A stretch of DNA of 64,000 nucleotides from Macrostomum lignano (Eukaryota): assembly GCA_002269645.1 (NCBI GenBank), contig NIVC01000076.1, positions 1-64,000 of the forward strand, in the 5' to 3' direction. Below are positions 50,791-64,000 of this stretch, piece by piece (position 1 is the first letter of the stretch; every line of letters starts with the position of its first letter). Made by a program: the position numbers and the translations under genes. Below the pieces are notes generated by a model. It saw nothing but the letters and a program-made list of their open reading frames with translations. It was not told where the DNA came from and did no database searches.

Positions 50791-53700
50791 CTCCCAATCC
50801 CAGAGTTTCACAAAGATATCACCAGATTTTCTACCCCGAACTAAACTCTCTGACATGGATCTGGCGTGCCACTTTCAGTTTTGCCGGGGTAAAATCTTAT
50901 CCGTCGAATCAGTCCCTGCAGCTGGTTAGATCCCTACGCGAGTCCCCGATTCCTTCCCCATCAACCCCACCTCACGGGGGTTTTAAAAATTTCAACTTTG
51001 AGGTCTTTTACAGTTTCTTTTCTTTACTTGACTGGCTTTGCGTGCAAGCGAACGGCATCGCACGGGTGCGGGTCAGAGGCCGCCTCAGACGAGATCGGAT
51101 CCCCGAAAAAAGCACGCACTAAGCCAGGGATAACATTGAACCAATGTCTGGAGTTCAAAGATGACTTGAAAGTCAGGGCCTCTGAGCGTGTTAATATTAC
51201 AGTTACCGTACTTCAGTGAAAGTTTTCAGTCCAGATTCTGGTTCAAGACGTCTTTGGCTGAGCCTAGATGAGCTATGCTTTCAAGCCTCTGTGCGCAAAC
51301 TAGTCAGTCCGCTGGATTTCTCGAGTCGGTGGGCAAGGCGGTGGGATGTGGGGTTGACGCTGCCGCGAAATCCCCACCTACCTCAGGTGGGATCGAGGGG
51401 GAAAGGGAGATTGGAGAAAGGGGGAGGAGTGGGCGGCGCCGCTGCGGGATGGCGGGGCGGGGCAAACGGCTGATCCCCTCTGAAACCTTTTATCCCAAAT
51501 CCCTTAGTTGTGGCTTTAGAAGTCTTGTGCAGTCAGCGTGTGTGCGTAGTGGGTCGCTTAGACAAGTGGCAAGTCTGGACCCAGCCCTGACGGCTCCTGG
51601 ATCAAGGATTATCTCTGTTTCGAAAAAGTAACGCGAGATTTCTGCTCCAACTCTTGATGGAGAAATGCTTCGTTTAAGCCAGTGGCTTTTTGTCTCGGGA
51701 ATGGGAGCGGGGCGGAGAATCTTATCTTCTCGCGTTTCTCCTTCAGATCTTGCCGCTGTTTTAACCGTGTTTTCGGCGCATTTCCTTCCTGACTGTAATT
51801 ATTTGTTCGCGCCACCTCGGCTGGTCGACTCTTATCTATCTGTGTTTATCCCACACTTTCTAGCGTTTTTCGCCTTTGATAGACTGAAGAAGCGCGCAAA
51901 CAAGTTATGGCGCACCACAGTAGTAGCGCGCATTGCTAGATGCGCCCCCACAGTGGTAAGAAGCGCCACTTATTAGTTCACATTGTTAGAAGCATTGCAA
52001 AAGGTGTCACAAGTGTTTATTAGACTTTAGAAATTAGAAACATGCTTTTATTATTTGTTTAATTCATCCATCTAAACAGATAAACAGGTAAACAGATTAA
52101 GCCAGAGCAGAATTGCCAGCAGAAAATTCAAAGGAGAACTGCCTAACACACACGCGTATTGACCGACTATAATTTAAAGCTCGGGTTGTTCGCCGCAGAA
52201 TTCCGAGCGGGCACGCAGCGTGTTCGAAGCATCGGCTCCCGAAATTCTCGCTCTTACGCTACGAATTATATGGCAGCGAAATCTGGCCGGTTCCCAGGAG
52301 ATGGGACTCCAGTCTACACTAATAATCAATGCTTAAGCCTCTGCTTAAACCCACCGTAGTCCTCAGTCTCCCACAGCATGCAGTCTGAGTCTCCTCTCCA
52401 GCGCCCCGCTTCACGGGTCAGCGCCAGAAAACACAACAACAAGCAGCACAATGACCCTTGTAGCGGCGCTAACCAGAGTTTCAAGGGCAGCTTTATATTG
52501 ACTGTCGCATGTCTTGAAACATGCACAGCGGGGTCGACACTTGGGACTGATTTCTGCACATGTCACTTTCACAGCTATTGCAAGATTTAGCAGAGAATCT
52601 CGCCAGCCTGCCAGTCAGAAATCGTTAATAACGGAATAATAATAAAACACAGCACCAAAACCTGCTTTTTTGCGTGACGCCCTCCTCTTTGGCGCAGAGA
52701 TGGCCCTATAAAACAGCGGACACTGCGCGGGCAAATGAGGGGTGAATTTTCGAATAGATTTATAATGGCTAAAAGTCAGGGGGAAGGAGGAGAAGTCTTT
52801 CTGAGCAAAAGCAGAGACAGCTCTGCAGAGAGAATGAGGAAACACAGGAGATAAAGATGGTGCTCCAGTCCAGAGCCCTTGTGCTTTATGCATAATTCAC
52901 CCGCCAGAAAAATTCTGACCATAAGCTGGTCCCACTCGACTCCCACAATGAGACCTCCAATTTTTCTTCCCAAAATCCCTACGGGTCGTCGCATTTACAC
53001 AATCTGGACCAGAAATCAGGGAGTAGAGATCTGGGAGGGGACTTCGCTTTTGAAGCCGGCGCAGACTCAGCCCCAGAGCTCCGAGAGGCCAGCCCCCATT
53101 CTGGCAGATAAGCATCTATAAAATATCTGCTTCCCTGAGAGTCATGGAGAGCCAAGAGACCAGCCAAGATTCGCCCCCTATACTATAAAGTAGGAAGCGT
53201 GATGCAACAGGTGAACACCTACCGCTCTGCAACAACAAGTTCCTGCTTCGGGGCCAGAAGTCAGAAGTGTGTTGCGCGCGCGTCTGGACTGGGTTGAGGG
53301 GAGCGAACAGGGCCTTGATTCGCGCACCTATAGCTGATCTTAATCTCCGACAGCGCCGCCCCCGCCACTGCGGTTGCTGACCGGGGCTCCGGGGCCGAAC
53401 TGACTACGAAATTTCCCACGGACTTAAGGAAGGGTCAAAGACTTTGTAAGACCTGTTGTGTAAGAACATTATTCGAATGACAACTATATAATCCTTCATT
53501 GTCTGGGAGTTTGCCTACAGCTGGTTGGGTTGCTGTGGGAAGGCAAGGACTGTCCTAGCTTAAGAAAGTTAAAAGTTGGCAAATTGTCGTGGAATCTATG
53601 AGAGATCTATGGTTAAGTTTGGCATTTGGATTGGAGTTGACAGGGTTACGAGAGTTGGCAGTGACAAGCCGTGCGTAACTACAGGTACACTGATTAATTA

Positions 53701-53809
53701 TCTGTGCAGAAATTCTCAAATATTTAGTCAATGAGGTCACTTAACGCTCAAAAGAGTATTCGCTGATAGAAATGAAAACTTTTAAATTCCCGTTCAACTG
53801 CTTATAGAT

Positions 53810-54595
53810 CTCTGATTGAAGACCTCCTCCTATAGATTTCTATAGCTATCTTATCTATTGTCTATAGATAGCCTATAGTTTGACTATAGATGTCCATTTA
53901 ACTGCTTATGGATCACTAATCAACTGTCTAAAGATATCTATTAAACTGTCTATAGATATATATTTAACGGTCTATAGACATCTATTTAACTGTCTATAAA
54001 TCTTTAACCTATCGATAAATTGCCTATAGATCTCTAATCAATCGATATATTGTCTATAAATTCCTGATCAATGGTCAATAGAGCTTCTATAGATCTGTTA
54101 ATAGATATAGACAATGTATCGATCGAACAGAGATCTATAGGCAATGTATCCATAGAACCGAGATTTATAGACAATGTATCGATAGAACTGAGATTCATAG
54201 ACAATTTATCGATGGAACCGAGATTTATAGACAATGTATCGATCGAACAGAGATCTATAGGCAATATATCGATTAAACCGAGATTTATAGACAATTTATC
54301 GATGGAACCGAGATTTATAGACAATGTATCGATCGAACAGAGATCTATAGGCAATATATCGATGAAACCGAGATTTATAGACAATGTATTGATGGAACCG
54401 AGATTTATAGACAATGTATCGATCAAACAGAGATCTATGGGCAATGTATCGATAGAACAAAGATTGTCGGGGAACAGAGATCGATCTCTGTTCGATCGAT
54501 ACATTGCCTATAGATATCTGATTCATCGATATTTTGTCGATAGATTCCCTGATCAACGATCAATAGAGTTCCTATAGATCTGATAGATCTCCGTC
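53810..54595. repeat. ctatagat/atcgat-rich repeat complex: ~30-33 bp array flanked by inverted copies
   Basis: Array units agagatctataggcaatgtatcgat (54110-54450). Opposite-orientation copies atcgata.attgcctatagat at about 54011 and 54496. Confidence 0.8.
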
Positions 54596-55424
54596 GAAAG
54601 CTCTGACATGTCACAATCTCCCACAATAGCAATAAAAGACTGAAGACACTTGCTCGATCTCCACGTCACGTCTTCCAGGCAGCGAGAGCACAGGCTAGGT
54701 ATGAGTTTTACGACTGACAACTCACCTCAAACAGAGCCATAAACCCTATGAGGGAATTTTTTATTCAAGGCAATTTTTTGAGAGCATTAACAAAATAATA
54801 AAAAAACATTTTAACAGCGCAACCACCCAAGCCAGGCGAGCATTTAATTTGATTAAAAATTATTTTTTAGAAAGGATTTTAAGCAAGTCGAACGCTTTAA
54901 ATAAAAAATTATTGCCAGATACACAACATTCAGTCCCAATTTTATTTAGAGTTTTGGTCTCCCCTCTAGAAGCAGCAATAACTGCCTGTGCTCCGAAGAG
55001 GCAAGTTCACGGGGTCGGTCAGGATGTCCCACAGGATCGGCGCGGGGCACTCTCACTGATTAGAGAGTCTGGGGCCTGAGACTCTTTGAGCGACAGCGGA
55101 GCGGGGAGCAGAGACAAGAGGGGATTTTCTGGCTGGGGGGATTTCAACGTATTCCCGAAAACCCTCCTCTATTATTTCAGTTGGAGTAAATAGAATGGCA
55201 AAATTACAGGGACTCAAGAGAGATACAGAAGAGAGAAGGTTTTCCTGATAAAACCGATGGTACAAGGGAATAACTTTCCCTAAAATTTTATCCTCGCACC
55301 AAGCATTGGTGCAAACTATTGGGCTTTTTAATACTCCTAATGTTCACTCTGAAGTTCCAACGAGCGTAAATATTCACTGCGTCTCAAAGCTTTCAATTCA
55401 TGGCAATCTTAAGATTCTTAAAGA

Positions 55425-56000
55425 TTCACAACGGGCTCTTAAATATTCACAACAAGTTTTTTATGATTCACAACAGGCTGTCAAAGATTCACAACAGGCT
55501 GTCAAAGATTCACAACAGGTTGTTAAATATTCACAACAGGTTCCTAAAGATTCACAACAGTTTAATAAAGATTCACAACAGGTTCTTAAAGATTCACATC
55601 AGGTTCCTAAAAATTCACAACAGGTTATCAAAGATCCACAACGGGTTCTTAAAGATTCACAACAGGTTGTTAAAAGTCCACAACAGGTTCCTTAAGATTC
55701 ACAGCATGTTATTATGGCTTCGCAACATGTTACTAAAAATCATAACAGGTTCTTAGAGATTCACAACAGGGTCTTAAAGATTCACAACAATTTCTTAGAG
55801 ATTCAGAACGGGTTTTTTAAGATTCAAAACAGGTTATTAAAGATTAACAATAGATTCCTAAAGATTCACAACAGGTTCTCAGAGATCCACAACAGGTTGT
55901 TAAAAGATCCACAACAGGTTCTTAAAGATTCACAACAGGTTATTTAAGTTTCACAACAGGTTCTTAGAGATCCACACCAGGTTAATAAAGATTCACAACA
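55425..56000. repeat. Degenerate 21-bp minisatellite (aagattcacaacaggttctta)
   Basis: Direct inspection. Confidence 0.92.
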
Positions 56001-56804
56001 CCTTTAATTTCGCTTCTCTCTATCTGACCGTAAGTGCCAATTGATAAGAGGAACCTCCAGAAAACATCAGGTACCTCGGACCCTGCTTTTAAACCCCAAC
56101 GAGAAGGGGAGATTTCCCACTGGCCCGCAGCACCAGGCCACTCTGCCACCGCCCAGACAGACCCGGAATATTTTCGGAAGCGTCTTCGCTCGGCGAACGA
56201 TTGATTCGGTGAAACCAAGGTGGCACAGTTGCCGTCCATTAGTCTGCCTGCGACCCAACCCCCGGTAGGTCCACAGCAAGGCGGCGCTTAACAAGAGAGA
56301 GTGGCTGAGTGAGAGACAGTGAAAGCAAAACGGAGGTTAATGCTAAATTCGGTTTGTAGCTGGTTGCTATGCCAGAAAGAGTAGTAGCCAGGTAAGCTAA
56401 AGGTAGCTGAAAAAGTGGCGAGCTCGAACGGTTAAAAGGTTTTTTGGCACAGAAGACGGCGGGAAGCTGCTGCAGCCTGGCTAGTCGTCGTAAAAGAATG
56501 ACAGTTCTTTTGGCGAGAGCTGCCGAATCCGATAGAGAGCGAGGGAGGCGCCATCGACCTTGTAAGACACCGCCGCATGCGAAGCCCGTTTCTCTGCGCT
56601 GCTTTTTTGCCCGCTCCCCCCCCCCGGTCAGGAATGGAATTTGCTGCAAATGGAACTGTGGCGTCTTCCGTTTCTGCTAGTCACGTGATTCAGATGCCGC
56701 AGCGAACGGAGACATATTTGCCTCTTATTATTGGGGAAGGGAGGCCATTGGTTCGAATTCCAACTAACTCATTTTTTTAAAGTCCCCTCAACAAATCATT
56801 CTAA

Positions 56805-57245
56805 CGCTTGTCAGTTTTGGCGCCACCCTAACAGTCAGTTTTGGCGCCATTCTAACAGTCAGTTATGGCGCCATCCTAACAGTCAGTTATGGCGCCACCC
56901 TAACAGTCAGTTTTGGCGCCATTCTAACAGTCAGTTTTGGCGCCATCCAAACAGGATATTTTAGCGCCATCCTAACAGACTGTTTTGGCGTTGGCGCCAT
57001 TCTAACAGACTGTTTTGGCGCCATTCTAACAGACTGTTTTGGCGCCATCCAAGCAGACTGTTTTGGCGCCATTCTAACAGTCAGTTTTGGCGCCATCCAA
57101 ACAGGATATTTTAGCACCATCCTAACAGTCAGTTTTGGCGCCACCCTAACAGTCAGTTTTGGCGCCATTCTAACAGACTGTTTTGGCGCCATTCTAACAG
57201 ACTGTTTTGGCGCCATGCTAGCAACCCGTTTTGGCGCCATCTTAA
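56805..57245. repeat. 24-bp GGCGCC-core minisatellite (ggcgccattctaacagtcagtttt)
   Basis: Direct inspection, about 18 copies. Confidence 0.94.
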
Positions 57246-59277
57246 CCGGCCGTACCATTTCGGTGCTAACAAGAAATTATGAGGCCATTTCAACAATTTT
57301 GTCTTGCATCTGAGCTGAGCAGCTGATGGCGCCACTTATTCCAGCTCGCAAGATATCTAACATCAAGTTGGCCAGTTTTTCGCCCCAAGGCGCCGCCTGG
57401 GGCTGCTGTGGGGCCACCGCTATTGAAACTTTTATGAAAAATGATTTCATAATAAAAAAATGAGTCGACCTAATTATTTCACCGACCGGCTGTGTGTTTG
57501 TGGCTCAAGTCTGGCCACTTCATCGTGCGAGAGGCGCGCGGTTTTAAGTTGGCAAGTTTAAACAAAAAGATCACCTACCTTAGATTAGATTATGCAGGAT
57601 AAAGAGAGGAAGGAGAGGTGTCGGGGGTGTTCAAGCTCGCGTGTTTTTCACCACCCCTGACGGGATTTTCTCCCACCTTTTTAAGGCCGGTCTACTTTAT
57701 AATAACTGAGGATCCGGCAGCTGGTGAGGCTGGGTGATGAAGGAGATTAGGATCTGAGCAATGCAGCTTTGAATATTGAGTTTTTTCTACTATTCACGCC
57801 ACTTGCGGCCCCGCCCACCACGAACCCGGCTCAGGCTCTTACTAAACTATAGAGGAAATCAGTGAGTTCAGGGTGTTGGCTTCTCGAATTCGGAAGCACA
57901 CTAAAAACTTCAAATGTGTTTTTACCTGCAAGATTTTAATGTTGATGCTAAATGAAACACAAAATAAGCGACATTGTCACACAACCGGCGAGAGGCATTG
58001 CTGCCCATTGTGACGACTCCCCTGAGCAGGCACATAAGCGCAGGGATACGTACGCAGTCATACGCACAGACACACACAAGAGTGTACAGCGGCCCTGACT
58101 GTATTTATCGTTAGGCATGTACACTTCACTGTGTCTTGGGGGTTGGCTCTCAAGGCCGTTAATTGCACGAGCAGAGCCAAGCCGAGATTCCAATTTAGCC
58201 CCAAATTAATGCAACTGCACCTGGAATCGAGCCTGGGCCGCTGGCACACCAGAGCCTGCGCTGGACCACTAGGGTACACGTACGCCCCCCCCCCTTTAGC
58301 AGCCAGAAAACTTTTAGAATTCAGTTTATCTACATCCTTGATTACCTACAGTCTTGACCTACAATTTGAAAATTCGAATATTAGTCTCTATGCTTCGGTG
58401 ATGAGTTAGTTTCTTTTGACGAGGCACAAACTAAAACGGTTAATAAGTATCTTTCGCGATATAAAGGCTACAGACGATGTGAATATTTAGAGGAAAATTT
58501 ATGCAACCGAGATTATGAGCTCAGGAGAAGAGATTGGAACGCCACAAAACAGCTTGCGGCTGACAACGCCCACCCAGCTGAACTCAACAAAAGAACTCCA
58601 GACCTGAAAGTAGATATTTATCAGCCAACCTCTTCTTTCCCACTTGCAAACGTTTCGGCCCTAAAAAATATACTCGTGTATATATATAATTTTCATTATT
58701 GCATACACAGAGATTAGGATCATCTAGCGGCACACAGAGGCACCAGTTTTCGCACCTCCTTACACCCGGGTCGATTCTGAGTCGGTAAAATCCTCCTCCT
58801 CAATCCGCCTACTAGGCCGCAGAAGAACTAAACTGGCTAGGCTGCTTCCTTAACATCCCTCCAGGCCTCTCTAAAAGATTTCCCGCATAGATTATTTGCC
58901 CTCGGGGCGGTCACAGCGGCCCTTCCCAGACTCGACGATCAATCGATGATGTCCCGCTTGCTTGCGAACACCTGCAAGGTGCCAGACAGAGACAGGCAGC
59001 CAGCGGGTGGCTTCGCTAATCACGGCTGCCGAACTGGGTATTCAGTAGTGTAGACAGAGGACTGAATTAGAACTGTTCCAACATATGGAGGACACGCGGC
59101 CGACAAAAACTTTAGCTGCTGGCTAAAACTTTTTTGTCTTTAATTTACGCAATTTTGCTTGGTTTTTATTAGGCTCAGATAATATCAGCTATGTGTGGTT
59201 TTTTTTAGTACCTAAGAGGGGCGCTGATCGAACAACTCGACCCCAAAAATAGGTCAGGGCGCCGCTAAAGGATGCAA

Positions 59278-59925
59278 TTCTTAGTGTCAGAGGAGGCGCC
59301 AATCTTAGTGTCAGAGGGGAGCGCCAATCTTAGTGTCAGAGGGGAACGCCAATCTTCGTGTCAGAAGGTTGCAGATCTTAGTGTCAGAGGAGGCGCCAAG
59401 CTGAGTGTCAGAGGAGGCGCCAATCTTAGTGTCAGATGAGGTGCCAATATTTGTGTCAGAGGAGGCGCCAATCTGAGTGTCAGAGGGGAGCGCCAATCTT
59501 AGTGTCAGAGGGGAACGCCAATCTTCGTGTCAGAAGGTTGCAGATCTTAGTGTCAGAGGAGGCGCCAATCTGAGTGTCAGAGGAGGCGCCAATCTTAGTG
59601 TCAGAGGGGAACGCCAATCTTCGTGTCAGAAGGTTGCAGATCTTAGTGTCAGAGGAGGCGCCAATCTGAGTGTCAGAGGAGGCGCCAATCTTAGTGTCAG
59701 AGGGGAACGCCAATCTTCGTGTCAGAAGGTTGCAGATCTTAGTGTCAGAGGAGGCGCCAATCTTAGTGTCAGAGGAGGTGCCAATATTTGTGTCAGAGGA
59801 GGCGCCAATCTGAGTGTCAGAGGAGGCGCCAATCTGAGTGTCAGAGGAGGCGCCAATCTGAGTGTCAGAGGAGGCGCCAATCTTAGTGTCAGAGAAGGCG
59901 CCAATCTTAGTGTCAGAGGGCGCCC
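59278..59925. repeat. 24-bp GGCGCC-core minisatellite (ggcgccaatcttagtgtcagagga) with a 96-bp higher-order repeat
   Basis: Direct inspection. A four-monomer block recurs. Confidence 0.95.
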
Positions 59926-60694
59926 TGAGTCGCAGATGTTGCATCAAAACGAAGAGAAAAAACACAGAGGCCATGAGCCAAGACGGAAGATTCAACAAAA
60001 GCTACAAAGAACCCGTCGCGGAACAAAAGAAGAGACTCGCAACAAAGGAAAGCGCCGCTGACCCGCCGGGAGCACAGTAATAGTTTTAAGTGCTCTCCCA
60101 ATTTCGCATCGGAGGGGAGCGCACAACTGTTGCTCATTTGTCAGTCAAGCCGGTGCGCCCAGACAGCGAGGCCGGGGGGAAGGGGGGTGATTGCATCCAA
60201 GGGTCGCATCCTATTCATTTGATGCTCGGCTTTTAGGCCTAGCCGCAGCCTCCGAAACGCCAAAATATGCAGCTGTTGCCAGCTTGGGGGGCGGGGTAGG
60301 GCAAGGATGGGTCCCCGCCGGCTTGTCTTGTCTTTCGCAACAACAGCCTCGGTCTATGCGCATGCAGCATACGGCAGCGGCGACACGTGGATCCTCCGGC
60401 CAGAGAGGAGGAGGAGGGCGTGGCCAGGTGAACGGCTTTTATACCGTTATGATGGGGCAGGCAGGGATGCGCCTGAATATGTGTAGATAGATAGATGTTT
60501 AAGTTGCTGACAGAAATTTGACTTGACAAACGAGGGGGCAACGGAATGGGACACATGGGACAGGGAAACTGGCGGGACAGGGAGAGAGATGGAGTGGAGA
60601 GGCTGGATGCGACGGACCACTCGAGGCCTGCTGTTTGACTGTCGTTCTTCTCGGGGCGCTTGGGGAATAACTGAAATGGAGGGACTGCCGGTGA

Positions 60695-61035
<341 letters not shown>

Positions 61036-62476
61036 TACTCTAATTTCAAAGCCGTGTAAAGTTTGGATCCACCGATCTTAACTCCAACTCAAAGACCCCT
61101 AATTAATCCCAAAATTTGTCGCCCTAGTGCCGTAATGCTTCCGTTTCGTGAGCACGAAATTCCATGCGGGCATGCAGATTACGGAAGCAATTGCTCCCAC
61201 AATAGGGACGCTTGTCCCATTGAGAAGATGGAAGAAACACGGATGAATTCCCCTATATACTCAAGTCGCTGAGCTAGGCGAGGTGTTTCAGTGTTGAAAG
61301 GAAAGCCTTTTGTCTATGCAAATGCAACCGGCTGGTCAATCGCTGTTGTGGGCGGTGGTGTTTGGTGGTGGGCAGTTGAGTGTGAAGAGTCCGGTTCGTT
61401 CGGGGGGGGGTTGCTTTGACCCTTCCGCTTTCGCGAACAACATATTAGACTGCGTAGTTTTTGTATAGTAGACTAGCGCGGCTCACCCCCCCTCGGGTAG
61501 CTCACCCCCCAAGTTCTTGTCATATAGCCCGAAGGTCTACGACTCAACACCCGCACCGCTGGACTGGGGAGTTCTAAGGACACGTGGCCACCGACTCTAA
61601 CCGGTTTTAATCGAGCAAATGTATCCCTCTACCGGCAGCTCAAAAAGAGAAGAGGCCAAGTGAGAGAAATGGAGAGACGCTGGCCTCTCATCTCTTTGAT
61701 TCGCGGCTGTTTAGCTGAAGGGCCGGAGTTCCCTACAGAGCGAGCGCGTGCCCTGCCCGCGTCCGGCTCTGAGCTGAAGCATCCGTCACTGGCCTCCGAT
61801 ATTTGACTGAATAGTGGGCCGACTATTCTTTTAAAAGCAAGCAGAAAATATTGGTATTGTTGCAGAAAGATCGTTCGTCGGTGGGGTCTGTATCTATCAG
61901 TCTCTCCTATGCGCTGAAGGGATATTAGAGCCAACACTTCACGCCTCCCTGTGTGGCAGCTCTGAGCAAACATGGGTCTACCGCCAGTTGTGGAGGCAGT
62001 CCTCTGCGCACACCTGAACTCCCAAATCGCCAGCCCGAGCACACGGAGCCAAAACAGTTCACTGTTTCCATAACCAGCGAGTCCCAGTGAGTTTTTTGAC
62101 TCCTCCATCTTTGGGGACTCCTCTCACTGGATAGTCTGGCCGCGTGTCTTTCAGCGCCTCTGTCAACAAACCGAGTGAGACAGACAGAGCGGTGACTGCA
62201 GGCGTTCGACGTCCTGATGTGTAAAAAATATGATAAAAACCGCATGCGTATTGAATCTGCTATGAATCTGTCTCTGACTGTCTCTCTCTATTAGACAATG
62301 GTTAGCTTAGACAGAACTTTGGCCCGCATAATCCCAGAGATATAATCCCAATTATATTCCTCCCTTAACCCACTCGGCAGTCAGTTAGCAAGGTAAGGGA
62401 GGTGTGCAAGGGAGATTCGCGGGCTCTGTTAGCAAACAATCATGCAATACTCTGGCACCACTCGATGCAAACTCAC

Positions 62477-62686
62477 CGCAAACCGCCAGCACACGGCTGC
62501 TTATTTCTGCGTGAATGAGGCGGCTGAGTGAGTGGGAGAACCTGCACAACTGATGAGGACCCACTCGCGAGGACACTTTGCAGACACTTTTCATCCACTT
62601 AACCCGCCTAGATAGCCAGCCTCTCACTGCCTCATCACCTGATGCTGAAGCAGCGAGGGCCTGCTCAAGAGAACACTGGAGCTTCC
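62477..62686 (-). CDS. Candidate internal exon of an unidentified gene
   Basis: Acceptor tttttggtag|gg and donor tgcg|gtgagt bound a 210-nt open phase-1/phase-1 segment (KLQCSLEQALAASASGDEAVRGWLSRRVKWMKSVC...SRVLAVC). No recognised homology. Confidence 0.3.
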
Positions 62687-62692
62687 CTACCA

Positions 62693-63078
62693 AAAATATG
62701 TTACTTATTGAGCGCTTGCGTCCTGCGCGCTCAAGTCAAAGAAATATGTTTACTAATTGCGCGCTTGCGTCCTGCGCGCTCAAGTCAAAGAAATATGTTT
62801 ACTAATTGCGCGCTTGCGTCCTGCGCGCTCAAGTCAAAGAAATATGTTTACTAATTGCGCGCTTGCGTCCTGCGCGCTCAAGTCAAAGAAATATGTTTAC
62901 TAATTGCGCGCTTGCGTCCTGCGCGCTCAAGTCAAAGAAATATGTTTACTAATTGCGCGCTTGCGTCCTGCGCGCTCAAGTCAAATAAATGTTTACTAAT
63001 TGCGCGCTTGCGTCCTGCGCGCTCAAGTCAAAGAAATATGTTTACTAATTGCGCGCTTGCGTACTGCGCGCTCAAGTC
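62693..63078. repeat. 49-bp tandem repeat (gcgcgcttgcgtcctgcgcgctcaagtcaaagaaatatgtttactaatt), about 8 copies
   Basis: Period of 49 measured from tcaagtcaaag at 62731, 62780 and 62829. Confidence 0.96.
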
Positions 63079-63689
63079 ATGCGACCCACAGGAAAAATTG
63101 CTGCTCCAGATTCTGCTTCAAAGTCTCCTTGGCTGCAGGATCCACATCAAGAATCTCGTGCTTCCGCGGCTAATCCGTGGCACGGCGGAGCAAAAACGGA
63201 AAGCGAAAATATCGTGTTGATTCGAACAATCTCAAAGCAAAACAGGCACAAAACGTTGCCGCCAAGAGATGCCATCAGTTTTCTGAGCAGGCCTTCCTAC
63301 TCACCTGCTGCTTTGATTTGATTCCGTGATTGACAAGGCTCACGATTTTTAAATCTATTCACAATTGCAGCGATCTACGCTCCCAGTTGTTTGTAAACAG
63401 CAATGCCAGTGCTCTGCCGTTGGATGTGAAGGACGACTCTTGAAAGAGAGAAAAAACAAGACTTGGGGAAATCGCAAAGAAAAGCAAAAATTTCCCGTGC
63501 TTTGCCGGCAAAAGAGACAATGCCTGCCGAATATCAAGAAAGTGCCAAACATGCTGGCACGCGATTATCTTTGTTGTGTTTTCTTCTCGGAGTATTTATA
63601 GCTTTTTCTATTATCTTCTGTCTAGGTCACCTTACGGTATTGAATTTTCCGTGTCTCTACATCTACATCTCTACTCCATCCCATCCCGT

Positions 63690-63990
63690 TCGCTACATCT
63701 CCCTCTTCCTCTTCACTCTCTCCTGCCTCTCTCCACCTTCATTCTCTCTACTCTCTCCAAATTATGTGAATTTATCCCTCCATTCTCGCTAACCTCTTCC
63801 TCTCTTTCTCCACTTTTCCTCTACCTCTCTCTCTCTCTCTCCCTCTCTACTCCCCCTCTACCCCTACCTCTCCCTCTCCACTCCCCTTTTACCCCCATCT
63901 TCCTCTCCACTGCCCATTTACCACTCCCTCTCTACCTCTTCCTCTGCACTCCGTCTACCTCTCCCTCTCTGCTCCTCTGCTTCCGTCCGC
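63690..63990. repeat. CT-rich low-complexity tract
   Basis: Direct inspection. Confidence 0.85.
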
Positions 63991-64000
63991 AGTCATATCA

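Noticed and set aside
55306-55947. Heptad-like DSQQVLK / KIHNRFL ORFs suggesting a coiled coil
   Set aside because: Product of a degenerate 21-bp DNA repeat open in two frames.

Overview
Eukaryotic (metazoan) genomic DNA. GC-rich spliced exons are embedded in a dense patchwork of unrelated micro- and minisatellite arrays. The style resembles a repeat-rich invertebrate such as the flatworm Macrostomum, which is an inference and not shown by the sequence. Supported genes: the terminal exon of RCL1 (+), a complete 2-exon type II PKA regulatory subunit (+, 410 aa), a 4-exon RING/TRAF-zinc-finger gene with an unusual C-terminal Cys/His module (+, 337 aa) and a 4-coding-exon Islet LIM-homeobox gene (-, about 517 aa). 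An intact 4.6-kb Ty3/Gypsy LTR retrotransposon has LTRs that are identical by eye and a 5-bp TSD. There is also a tRNA-derived SINE-like element. Most long ORFs in the track are artefacts of stop-free tandem repeats. Main leads: (1) an RII-type PKA subunit with a pseudosubstrate Ala at the autophosphorylation site; (2) six unrelated 22-24 bp minisatellites sharing a GGCGCC core, two with an exact E2F-type TTTGGCGC motif; (3) foldback-like asymmetric palindromes that appear to seed arrays; (4) a RING-TRAF protein without a MATH domain; (5) arrays that fill introns flush to the splice signals.
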